A stretch of DNA of 32,789 nt, from contig CAXUWE010000012.1 of assembly GCA_964255105.1 (NCBI GenBank), positions 1-32,789 of the forward strand. The letters run 5' to 3'. Made by a program: the position numbers and the translations under genes. The notes beneath the pieces are model-generated. The model worked only from the letters and a program-made list of their open reading frames with translations, was not told the DNA's origin and searched no databases. Positions 13,282 to 23,115 of this stretch are shown in pieces. Every line of letters begins with the position of its first letter. Position 1 is the stretch's first letter. Origin of the DNA: Porpidia crustulata (lineage: Eukaryota).

Positions 13282-13525
13282 CACGCGGGTCAAAAATAAA
13301 GTGGGACCGCAAAACCGAATTCCCATTTAAATCATTAGATATATCACTGTATTCTTGAACATAGCAACATGAGACTGAGCTTTAATTATTGTGATGCATT
13401 TACTAGCGTTAAGCTTAAAGAACAATTGAATAATTTGAGCGAATGACTTCAGAAATGCAGTAGTAAATTTGATGATTCAAATGAGAGATCGATTTTACGG
13501 TCCCGCTTTATTTTTGACCCGCGTG
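13282..13525. mobile_element. Non-autonomous DNA transposon (MITE), 244 bp, ~78-bp imperfect TIRs, 5-bp TSD ATACC; Transib-like end signature
   Basis: The left end CACGCGGGTCAAAAATAAAGTGGGACCGCAAAA (13282-13314) matches the reverse complement of the right end (13493-13525) at 31/33 positions, the first 20 perfectly. Ungapped similarity extends to 63/78. ATACC flanks both ends directly (13277-13281 and 13526-13530). The AT-rich 88-bp core has no ORF. Confidence 0.92.
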
Positions 13526-13718
13526 ATACCGTAATCTATCTATAAGATAACGTGTCTGCGTACTAGCGCCCGCACCTAGGATCAAATCTATCTGCGGTGT
13601 TTCCAGGCGAGCTGGCACCCAGATTACGTTCATTGTTCTTGCACGTTTCTCAAGGCCGACTACTCTTGGTATCAAGCTCGAGAATATTTAAATCATCCTT
13701 GTCTTCTACATCTCAATC

Positions 13719-14541
13719 ATGAAACTGTATTACATTGGAGTGGGTACCGTGAGCGGTCGATCTTCCAGAAGTGGATGTGCTGACGTCTCCGATAGATACT
13801 AAAGAACGAGGAAAAGCCTGCGCATGAGCTATGCGTGGAGAAAGATCTTAGCAGCTATTCAAGATTTACGAGAGACAAGTAAGCCCCCAATACTGGAGAT
13901 GCTAGACTTCATTGCTGACAGCAATATCCGCGCTTCAGCTACGGTCAGTTTATGACCTTGTTCAGCAAAACCGTCGCCGAGAGAACAAAACCCGGCCAAC
14001 GGCAGGATGTGGAAGAGAAATGTACTCCCTCTTACATGTGTGAGCTGAGTTCATACTGACTCCCAGATATAGCTTATACTTTCCACGCCTACGGCCGCAC
14101 TGAAGGTGTTGCCGGCATTATTATCTCAGATCCCGACTACCCAGCCCTTGTTGCTCATCAGCTTCTCTCCAAAGTTATGGACGAGTTCCTGAACAAGTAT
14201 CCACGGACGGCTTTCGCTAACAGTACTCCTGCCCTCGCATTTCCGCAGTTGAAGGAATATATAGTCAAGTATCAGGATCCGCAGCAGGCGGATAGTATCA
14301 TGAAGATCCAAAAGGAGCTGGATGAGACCAAAATTGTGTTGCACAAGACGATTGAGAGTGTCTTAGAAAGGGGGGAGAAGATCGATAGCTTGGTGGAGAA
14401 GAGCGACGGACTGAGTGCGCAAAGTAAGATGTTTTATAAGCAGGTAAGATGCCTTCACCCCTCTTGGTTTGGACTATCCACTGATAAAAAAATCTTTGAT
14501 CATAGGCAAAGCAACAAAATTCTTGCTGTATATTAATGTGA
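13719..14541 (+). CDS. YKT6: R-SNARE Ykt6 (longin + SNARE motif + CCAAX), ~197 aa; exons 13719-13739, 13796-13878, 13939-14021, 14073-14443, 14506-14541
   Basis: Spliced translation MKLYYIGILKN...DLSSYSRFTR...KTVAERTKPGQRQDVEE...[70 protein letters not shown]. Exon sum is 594 nt. Confidence 0.97.
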
Positions 14542-15135
14542 GGTTGTACCAGCATTCGGCGTCGTGGAGTTTGCTGCGATCACTTTCGGTAGTTATAGTT
14601 TGCATTATCACAAGATTTACAGCGATGTATCGATCCATGCCTGACTCGATGCTGCATTCGATAGTGCTATCATGTACAATTGTCCTCTTGCCGAAGGGTA
14701 TAAAACATTATAAAAGCAAAAATTCCTATTATGCCAAGAAAATTGAAGTAGTATCCATCGCGCCACAAGCTATTAGGACGCCTGAAGAGTATATCAAGAC
14801 TCCTATAAAGGTGCTGCAAGGCGAGAAACCCATCTGCGGTGGTCGGCAGCTCTGACTCGTTCCTAATCTGGGTGTCAGTGCTCGGAGACCGGCTATCAAT
14901 TGAAAAGTTCATTTATGCTAACATGCTCACAGGTAAATATCTTCAGGTTGGCTCGATAAACGTGTTTTTATGACCCCTCTCAAGTCGTCCTATTTCTCAT
15001 AAATCCTCGCTGCTCTCAGCATCGCAGCGGTCCCGGCTATTGTGGCAAGAGGCACGAAGTCTTGGGAGTTGTTTGTCATGGAATCACTATCGAATCTTCG
15101 AGCCGAGAATGATTCAGTCCTCTGATGCAAATCAT

Positions 15136-16814
15136 TCAAAAATCTTCAATGACTCTAGTCATTAAATTGACATCAAAGTCCTCGCTCAGTTCAGCCCGCC
15201 GTCCGACGATGCAATTCATTCTATAGAGGATCTCTCCGCTGGGTTGTCGATCTCGATGCTCCTGGAGATGGTTCATGAAAGTCTGAACACCCCCGAAAGT
15301 CGGGGTACCTCGTCCTTCAGCGCAGCAGAAAACGCAGCCGAAGGTGGCTTGCGATGGGTCCGGCGAAAGATCTTTCGTTTCTACATGGCTCTTGAAGAGG
15401 AATTGCCAGCGGAACTGGATACCCTCACTGAAAACCAGAACTCTTCTGTCGTAACCTTTCTTCTTCTTTTCGTCCAAAACCATCCGGCCCTGGAACGTAC
15501 ACTTTTTGCATTGCCAGTAGCCATTGGCGCTGTACATGCCTCCAGGCCGCTGTCGTTCCTCCATGGCTTTTTTGAGATCACCTATTTGAAGTCGCCATGC
15601 ACCTTTGCAGAAACCTGCAAACTTGTTCGCTTCGCTTGGAAGAAGCTCTTTTGGATTTATCGTCATGTTTGCCATGACAACCTCCAGATTGCTCGTGGGC
15701 ACTCGGCGCTGTGAACCAAATGATCTGGAACTGCGATGGACATTAATTGGACTCTGTGCTATGGGGCTTTGTGAAAAGGGACTCCGCGTTGAAGACTGCC
15801 GTGTTGGCAGGGTTTTTATGGGTGAAGAACCCCATGGGTTATAATGAGGATCGTCAGGTTCTAGGATCGAGCTTTGCTCAGTACTGATCGATCCTACTGT
15901 AGATATCGTATCTGAGAATTCTCTATCGGCAAAGTCTCTTAACGTCGCACTATTCTGTTTATGATGCTCTGACGACGCAGGCTGCAAGTACCTTGTTGCG
16001 AGAATCTCGGGAGCTTTTGCGGCCGATTCGATCTTTGAGTGCCTGCGAAACATGGCACCGAAACGACCCGGCCCCTTTTCAGAGACTGGACTCACTGGCA
16101 TTGGGCTTGATTTGATTGCCGTTGGTGAAGGTGGAAGTGTCGACCACGTTTTATATGCCGGCGGTGGGGGAGACGAACCATTCGGTATAGTGGGTGAAGC
16201 TGGGGGTGAATTGGTGATTTGATGTACCGGAAGAGGTTGAGAATATTCATTTGATGACACTGGATAAGAGAAGAGAGGAGGAGGCTTGAGATTCTCGATG
16301 GGTCCAGCGGTGATTAGTCGCTGTTGAAGTTGCATTAAGATTAATATGGCCTGGTTCTGACTTTCGTCTGAAACATCCTGTAGAGTAGAAACATCCAAAA
16401 ATGTATCCTGCTGCCATTGGACCTTGAGATTCGATATCAATTGGCCTTGAAGATAGATAATGATATCTTTCAGGCCATCCTTGGCGATCTCTGTAGAAGG
16501 ATTAGCGTATTTCTCGAAGTATCAAGTGGACCGAGGGACAGCTCACGATCGCCTTTCTCAAAAGCTGGGCCAAATCGCCGAAATTGAAAGTCGTACTGAT
16601 CCTGAATAACGCCTTCTCCACGTTGTAGGGACCTTTCAAGCTCAACTGTTTGGGCATCTTGCAACAACGTATCATTTTCGTATTGGAAAGCTCCCAGGGC
16701 TTTTCTCACCTTCCTCTTGGCCTTGATCTGTTGTACAAGCGCATTCCCATCCCTGTAGGAACTTACAATAGCAGCGATACAAGATACAACTGCGACTATT
16801 TCCAACCCTGACAT
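15136..16814 (-). CDS. Uncharacterised fungal protein, ~540 aa: helical N-terminal domain, S/P-rich linker, Cys/His-rich C-terminal domain; exons 16814-16547, 16490-15136
   Basis: ATG 16814 (MSGLEIVAVVSCIAAIVS). A 56-nt intron at 16491-16546 (GTGAGC..GCTAAT..CAG) joins the 148-aa and 434-aa ORFs in frame. The C-terminus reads FCKGAW, CKKC, FLFKSH, GCVFCC, NHLQEH. Confidence 0.85.
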
Positions 16815-17644
16815 ACTGGCAGAACGCAGAAAGTGATATTGCGACGTAGTTCTACTTCTAATGTTGCTAGAGAAGATAGAATAGTTTAGTAGGGAGGGTA
16901 GCCTAGGGTCCAACATGCTGAAAGCTAGACAGTCTCACTGACCAGTGATCCTGAAATCAGCGGCCAAGACACAGCCGCAAATAGCCCTGTCGCGACCTAG
17001 TATGTATTATGCCTTGTACACCGTAGCGAAGGATCCAGTACAGGGCACGGAACGCTGCGCTACCTGCACGTTTGAGGTCTGTGCTAGTATGCGGATTACA
17101 CTCGATCATATACATCTTTTTAGGTGGGCCAGCACGGTGTTTAAGTATCAAATGGGCGTATCTTCAGAAAAACGCGATTGTTCAAGATTTCGGATCACGC
17201 GTTGATGAACCTCCTGCTCCTTCAGGCAGTTACTCGGAGAAGTAGCTTGACTCCGGCTAGGCCTTGTCGCTACTGCTACCGTAATCTGTAAGGCTGCAGC
17301 AAGATGTTATGGGTTGCCCGTTGTGGATGTGACTACGGCCGAGTAGACAACATCATCATAAGGTTTCCATGCCTTTCGCACAGTTCATTTGATGAGATGG
17401 TCCGATAGGTATGGGAGAGGCCTTAGAGTCAAGAAAGCATTCATTCCAATCATGCGACGCCCGAGACGTAATATCAAAAAGACCAAATCTTTCCGTCTAC
17501 CCTGCCAGCCATTCCAATATTTCAAAGATTGTTATCTGGCCCTATGATCCAACCTTGCAGTATTGAATTCACGTCGGAAATCGTCAATTCTAAGAAGCTA
17601 AGCGACAAAGTGACAATCGCGCTCATTGCGTTTGCTTCGTAGCA

Positions 17645-18566
17645 TCAGCAGCACTTCCCTCGCTTGCCTTTGGTGTCACTCTCCACACCTGTAGAGCCCT
17701 CTTCGCCCATGCCAAAGCTTGGTGCCGGAAGACCGAGCCAGCTTCTTCTCTTATCTCCATGACCCACTCTGAAGCTCCCTTGACCGTCTAGGCCAGGAAC
17801 GTCAAAGTAATTACCTCTTTCGGTCGCAGGTGTAGTTCTTGCTCCCAGAACCTGCCCTTGCTCTCCCATCTTGTTCTTCTGTTCGACAAGTTTCCTCGTC
17901 AAAACACGAAAAACCTCATCAATACCCTCGCCATCTTTAGCACTGATCTCGTGGCAGCAATCCCAGCCGATATCTTGTCCCCAGAAGCCGCTGCTGCGCT
18001 TACTGTCTAGACCTTGGAACATACTGGCGGAGCTGGTGCTGTTAGGCGGGCTTACTTTCTGTTCTGGATGTAGGTGCTCTGCAACATAATGTATACACCT
18101 CTCGAAAGGTACTCTCCTTAAATTTGGGTCTTGCGCGACCACATCGCTTTTGGTACCGACCACGTGCACTATGATATCATCGCCAAGATTCTCCTTCAGT
18201 TCAGTCAACCATCGTCCCATTTCCGTAAAGCTTTGTTCGTCGATAATGCTGTAGACAAGCAACACAGCCGATGCGCCTCGATAGTAGAGCTTCGAGATGC
18301 CCCGGAATCGTTCTTGCCCGGCTGTATCCCACAGCTGGAGGCGTACCGTAGTTCCGCTGTCAACGTCGACAACTCGCTTTGTAAGAAATGAGGCGCCGAT
18401 GGTCGAAGTTGTGGTGGGTGGGCTGAATGTGCCCTTCACATAGCGATAGACTAGGGAGGTTTTGCCGACACCTTGTCCCGATCAGCCTTGGCAGTAACGG
18501 TGCAGCGCGTTGACACATACCTTGGGCACCAAGAATGCATATCTTGGCTTCGAGGCTGTTCGACAT
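17645..18566 (-). CDS. Rab GTPase of the Rab5-related group with Rab24-like features, ~290 aa; exons 18566-18521, 18471-17645
   Basis: G1 GAQGVGKTS (spanning a 49-nt intron), effector STIGASFLTK, G3 WDTAGQERF, YYRGA, G4 GTKSD, G5 EISAK and a C-terminal CC prenylation motif. Confidence 0.9.
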
Positions 18567-19684
18567 CGCTATAGGGATGAGAGAACAAGGACCGATACAT
18601 GTCTCATGATGAGTGATTTTCGCTGATGGAAGGTGGTGGAAGGTTTGAGTAAGTTTAAACAAATGATTTGGCCAAATGGAGCTTCACTCTGAATATTGCC
18701 TCAAAGAATTTTGTAGAGGTCTCGTGTATGGAAAAATATTGGATGTGGGAAGGAAAGCCGAGAACGTCCCGCTGAAATCAACAAATATCTGCTGCCGCGC
18801 ATCATGATATTCGATTGCGGCTGATGCTCAGACCAGATTTCACGCTTTTCGCGTAGTCACTCATTTCTCACGTTTTCATGAGCAAGAAATGGAGCTGACG
18901 GCGCGACTTCTTAATGGGTTGCAGTGTACAGGTACCTTATGGTATGATACCTGAGTAAGGCACTACTACTACGTTTTGATTGGGTAGGTAGACATTGCAG
19001 ACTACACCTTAGCATGATGGTACTCCCAAAAACAAAACGTTTATATCTAGATAGAGATCCCGAGGTATTTGATCCACACAGCATGGCCATGGGCTGGAGT
19101 AGAGATGAACGACTACCTTACTTTATGACGGGGCTTGTAAACGTCCATCAAGTGACATGCTCCGACAGTGGACCTTTTCTTTCCTCCATATGAAGCCATC
19201 TAATGAATATCTACGTGCCTACCTACCTTGGGGATTATGATAAAGCGAAAAATATGAGCTTCGGTGCGTGAACAAGTATGGGTACATGCACTAGCACTCT
19301 AGCTAAGGTGGTCGAGTAAGTACCTACCACGCCTACCTTTACTTCGCATCTAGGCCCTGCAACCCCACACGATCTTCTCCGCAAATCTGCTCCGCAATTT
19401 GCCGCACTACCCCTCCGTTCGAACGAACATCCAATTGCTCGATTTATATCTTTGCGGCAACCGTTCTCGGTCGATGTAGCTCTCCTTCTCTACCAATAGT
19501 CAAGTAAATAGTACTTGCTAGAGTAGTGCAAATCTCTTCAACATCTTCTTCCTTTTTGTATTTTTTTTTCATTTGCCCGCTCTCTCCACCTCTATATTCG
19601 CTTTTTCTGGTTTCTCAACTTGTCTCTGTGCCTCATATATCCTGGTACTCCAACGTAGTCAGCTTGATTTGATCCCGCAGTAAG

Positions 19685-21256
19685 ATGAATCGAGAGCCGC
19701 AACAGGCGCCTGAGGGCCAAAAGCTCCACGGCGATGAAGTGGCGAAACACAATAATGACAAGGATTGTTGGGTCATAATACATGGCAAAGCTTACGATGT
19801 GACCGAATTCAAAGAAGAGCATCCAGGTGGCAAGAAAATAATTCTCAAATGGGCTGGCAAGGATGCGACCGAAACCTACGAACCAATTCATCCTCCGGAC
19901 ACCCTCGATAAGTATCTCGATCAATCAAAGCACCTGGGGGAGGTTGATATGAGCACTCTTGAGCAGGAGCAGGTTGAGGAGGATCCCGACGAACAAGAGA
20001 GGCAGGAGAGAATAAAGCGCATGCCCATATTGGAACAATGTTACAATCTCATGGATTTCGAAGCCGTTGCACGACGAGTAATGAAAAAGACAGCATGGGC
20101 ATACTACTCAAGCGGTGCGGATGATGAGATCGTAGGTGACTATACTTGCATCTGGAGTTATAGTGAGCTAACCTGCGCGCTCTAGACAATGCGAGAAAAC
20201 CACTCGGCGTACCACAAGATCTGGTTTCGCCCGAGGATTCTTGTGGACGTGGAGAAGATTAACCTCTCCACTAAGATGCTGGGCACCAAAGTTGACATCC
20301 CCTTCTACGTAACTGCAACAGCACTAGGAAAACTAGGGAACCCCGAAGGCGAAGTCATCCTTACCAGAGGCGCAAAGAAACATAACGTCATCCAAATGAT
20401 CCCCACTCTCGCCAGCTGCTCTTTCGACGAGATTGTAGACGCAAAACAGGGCGACCAGACCCAATGGCTTCAGCTTTATGTCAACAAAGACCGCGCCATC
20501 ACGAAACGCATCGTCGAGCACGCCGAAAAACGTGGATGTAAGGGGCTTTTCATAACCGTTGACGCCCCCCAACTCGGCCGCAGGGAGAAGGACATGCGCA
20601 GCAAATTTTCGGATGTTGGCTCGAACGTGCAAAACACTGGCGGTGACAACGTAGACCGCTCCCAGGGTGCCGCCCGTGCTATATCTTCCTTTATCGACCC
20701 CGGCCTCAGCTGGAAAGATATCCCATGGTTCCTTAGCATTACCAAGATGCCCATTATCCTCAAGGGCGTTCAAAGAGTGGAAGACGTCCTCCGAGCCATC
20801 GAAGCCGGCGTCCAAGGTGTAGTTCTCTCCAATCACGGAGGGCGCCAGCTCGACTTCGCCCGGTCTGGTATTGAAGTTCTCGCTGAAGTTATGCCCGTCC
20901 TGCGGGAGCGAGGCTGGGAGAACCGCATTGAGATCTATGTCGATGGCGGAATACGGCGCGCCACCGATATCATCAAAGCTCTCTGTCTCGGTGCCACGGG
21001 CGTGGGCATCGGCAGGCCGTTCTTGTATGCTATGAGTGCGTATGGGTTACCTGGAGTAGATCGCGCGATGCAATTGCTGAAAGATGAGATGGAGATGAAC
21101 ATGAGGTTGATCGGAGCATCCAGTGTAAATCAGTTGAATCCAGGAATGGTGGATACAAGGGGTCTCAGCCTGCATTCAACGACCGTGCCGTCGGACTCGT
21201 TGGGCATGGGAGTGTACGATCCGCTTGTAATACCATCGGAGAAGGCGAAGTTATAG
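19685..21256 (+). CDS. CYB2: Flavocytochrome b2-family L-lactate/2-hydroxy-acid dehydrogenase (cytochrome b5 domain + FMN domain), ~505 aa; exons 19685-20131, 20186-21256
   Basis: The b5 domain reads HNNDKDCWVIIHGKAYDVTEFKEEHPGG. The FMN domain has AWAYYSSGADDE, QLYVNKDR, TVDAPQLGRRE, LSNHGGRQLD and DGGIRRATD. A phase-0 intron lies at 20132-20185 (GTAGGT..GCTAAC..TAG). The protein ends in AKL. Confidence 0.92.
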
Positions 21257-21386
21257 AGGTATTGTCTTGGTAGTGTACACGCATTGTTTGGAGTAGAATT
21301 TGGTCAAGGGGCTGCAAAGCACTGATATTGCCATAATATGTACGTATTGATTTTCGCAAACGAAGGATAGCGTTCCTTGATTTCTT

Positions 21387-22355
21387 TCAAATCTCAATGA
21401 CCTGTGGTCTGTTCCCTAATCTCCCCGAGTCTTCATGTGCCAGCGCAGCATTGACCATAATTCCTGCGTTCCCGTCGCCACCCCAGACTCTACTCCAAAG
21501 AATCCCCAGTATTCCGTACCAAACTAAAATCGCAATATCTTTCCATGCGGCAACATCAACCATGTCCATCAGGGCTCCGGTATCGCCCCTCGCGCACACT
21601 CTCTCGTAAGCCCTCTGTCCCTCATCCCAGAACACATTCTCTCGCCCGTACCCGGCATGGATGTGCCCGAAAACATGTACCATGGGACGGACACGCCAGA
21701 CTTCATTGAGGAGGTACGCACAGCCTAGTCCGATAGGGAGGTCAAGGTGATGGCGGGGAGGCGTGTGGGTGATGAGGACATCCGTGGTCGACGGAATGGT
21801 AGACGACCAGGCATCCTCATGCCGCTTATACTGGAACGCAAAATCATCTCCGCCGCAAACAGGAATTTGTGGAGCACCATAGAAATTCAGTTGTCGATTT
21901 CCGTGCGCGGGGAATTCTATTTTGAGGTTGGAGTGCTGAAGATAATGAACATCGCCCCAGTCCACCTTTTTGCCATCGTCCTCCTTTTTCCTTGATCTTG
22001 GATCACACCAGCTGTCATGGTTCCCCGCAACCACTATTTTATCCCCGTGTTCCAAAGAATTCAACCAATTTACCTGTGCCTGGATTTCATTCACTGTACC
22101 CAGGTTAGTGAGATCACCAGCATGAATGAGGACGTCGCCATCAGGGATCAAGGAGGGTTTGTGGGTGTGGGTGTCAGAAATGCACACCAGGCGGATGCGT
22201 TGTGGAGGAGGTGGGAGACAGAATGCAGGACCCCGGAGGAAAAGAATTGAGTAGTAGATATTAGATGCCAAGAATCTTAGAGGAGAAGAAAGAGAGGAGT
22301 AAATCAAAGAAGGCGGATTGAAGAGAGAAGAGGGCGGGAATGGGGAGAAAAGCAT
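21387..22355 (-). CDS. Calcineurin-like metallophosphoesterase (MPPED/239FB-like), ~322 aa
   Basis: All five metallophosphoesterase motifs are present: CISDTH, HAGD, AGNHD, ITHTPP, VFGHIH. The first ATG is at 22355. Confidence 0.9.
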   Translation of the reverse strand: MLFSPFPPSSLFNPPSLIYSSLSSPLRFLASNIYYSILFLRGPAFCLPPPPQRIRLVCISDTHTHKPSLIPDGDVLIHAGDLTNLGTVNEIQAQVNWLNSLEHGDKIVVAGNHDSWCDPRSRKKEDDGKKVDWGDVHYLQHSNLKIEFPAHGNRQLNFYGAPQIPVCGGDDFAFQYKRHEDAWSSTIPSTTDVLITHTPPRHHLDLPIGLGCAYLLNEVWRVRPMVHVFGHIHAGYGRENVFWDEGQRAYERVCARGDTGALMDMVDVAAWKDIAILVWYGILGILWSRVWGGDGNAGIMVNAALAHEDSGRLGNRPQVIEI

Positions 22356-22466
22356 TGTGATTAGTAACTTGAGATCATTGGGTCTTAACCTCGATCGCAA
22401 CCCAGGTCAGGTGCCTATTGATCTGCTTTCATAGTCTGTATTCATAAAACGTGTCGCATCCAACTG

Positions 22467-22544
22467 CTCGTTCCCACCCCCCAACGGTCCGCTCTACCTA
22501 GGGTTAGGGCTATATCATAGGGGCGGACCGTTGGTGGGAACGAG
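22467..22544. repeat. 78-bp hairpin (22-bp inverted repeat, one arm with a 4-C insertion) enclosing TAGGGTTAGGG; possible tiny or degenerate MITE
   Basis: CTCGTTCCCACC(CCCC)AACGGTCCGC (22467-22492) pairs with GCGGACCGTTGGTGGGAACGAG (22523-22544). The right end is followed by TA. Confidence 0.75.
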
Positions 22545-23115
22545 TACAGCTAGAGTAGTGTGGTACGCATGAATCCTCGTCACTTTTCATTTAACATCAA
22601 AATCAATGCTTTCAGGATACTTATAAACAGATAATTTTTGAATCCTGATTATAGGTGTAAACTGGAATACAACGAAGACTTATACGGACTAAATGTGTTC
22701 TACAGTGAAGGGCTCATGCCGCCGAGAAGTCAGTAGACGACTAAATGCTAATTCTGGGCTCCGAATAGTCAGTCTATACAGCACAGGAAGACTATTGAAG
22801 AGAGCAATAGTTCTGACAGGTCGCATTATGAGGTTATTTACGAAGAGATCCGACGTTTATAGCAGATAGTAATCTGGTACAACGGTAAAATACTACTAGT
22901 GCAATTCAACCTCGGTGCTGGACCCTGCCTTATCTCTTATCATGTATCGTCGATAGGACTGCCAGACCACCATGACACCCAGACTTTGATGCCTCATTTA
23001 TAGCCAGCGCTAGTTGCAAATGACACACCTTGAATACCGAAAGCGCGATGGCGCTTACTACACGTCCACATTATCATGTATAGGTACCTCCCAATAAGAA
23101 AGGATCCTTCACAGC

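Noticed and set aside
13282..13320. A true RSS-like heptamer-spacer-nonamer in the MITE end
   Set aside because: A-tracts (TCAAAAATA, CGCAAAACC) resemble the nonamer only 6/9 and are not at 12- or 23-bp spacing. Only the CAC end and 5-bp TSD are used as evidence.
14700..14855. Coding-looking tail of the 14469-14855 ORF downstream of YKT6
   Set aside because: No convincing start, splice structure or recognisable domain. It overlaps the YKT6 last exon and 3' UTR.
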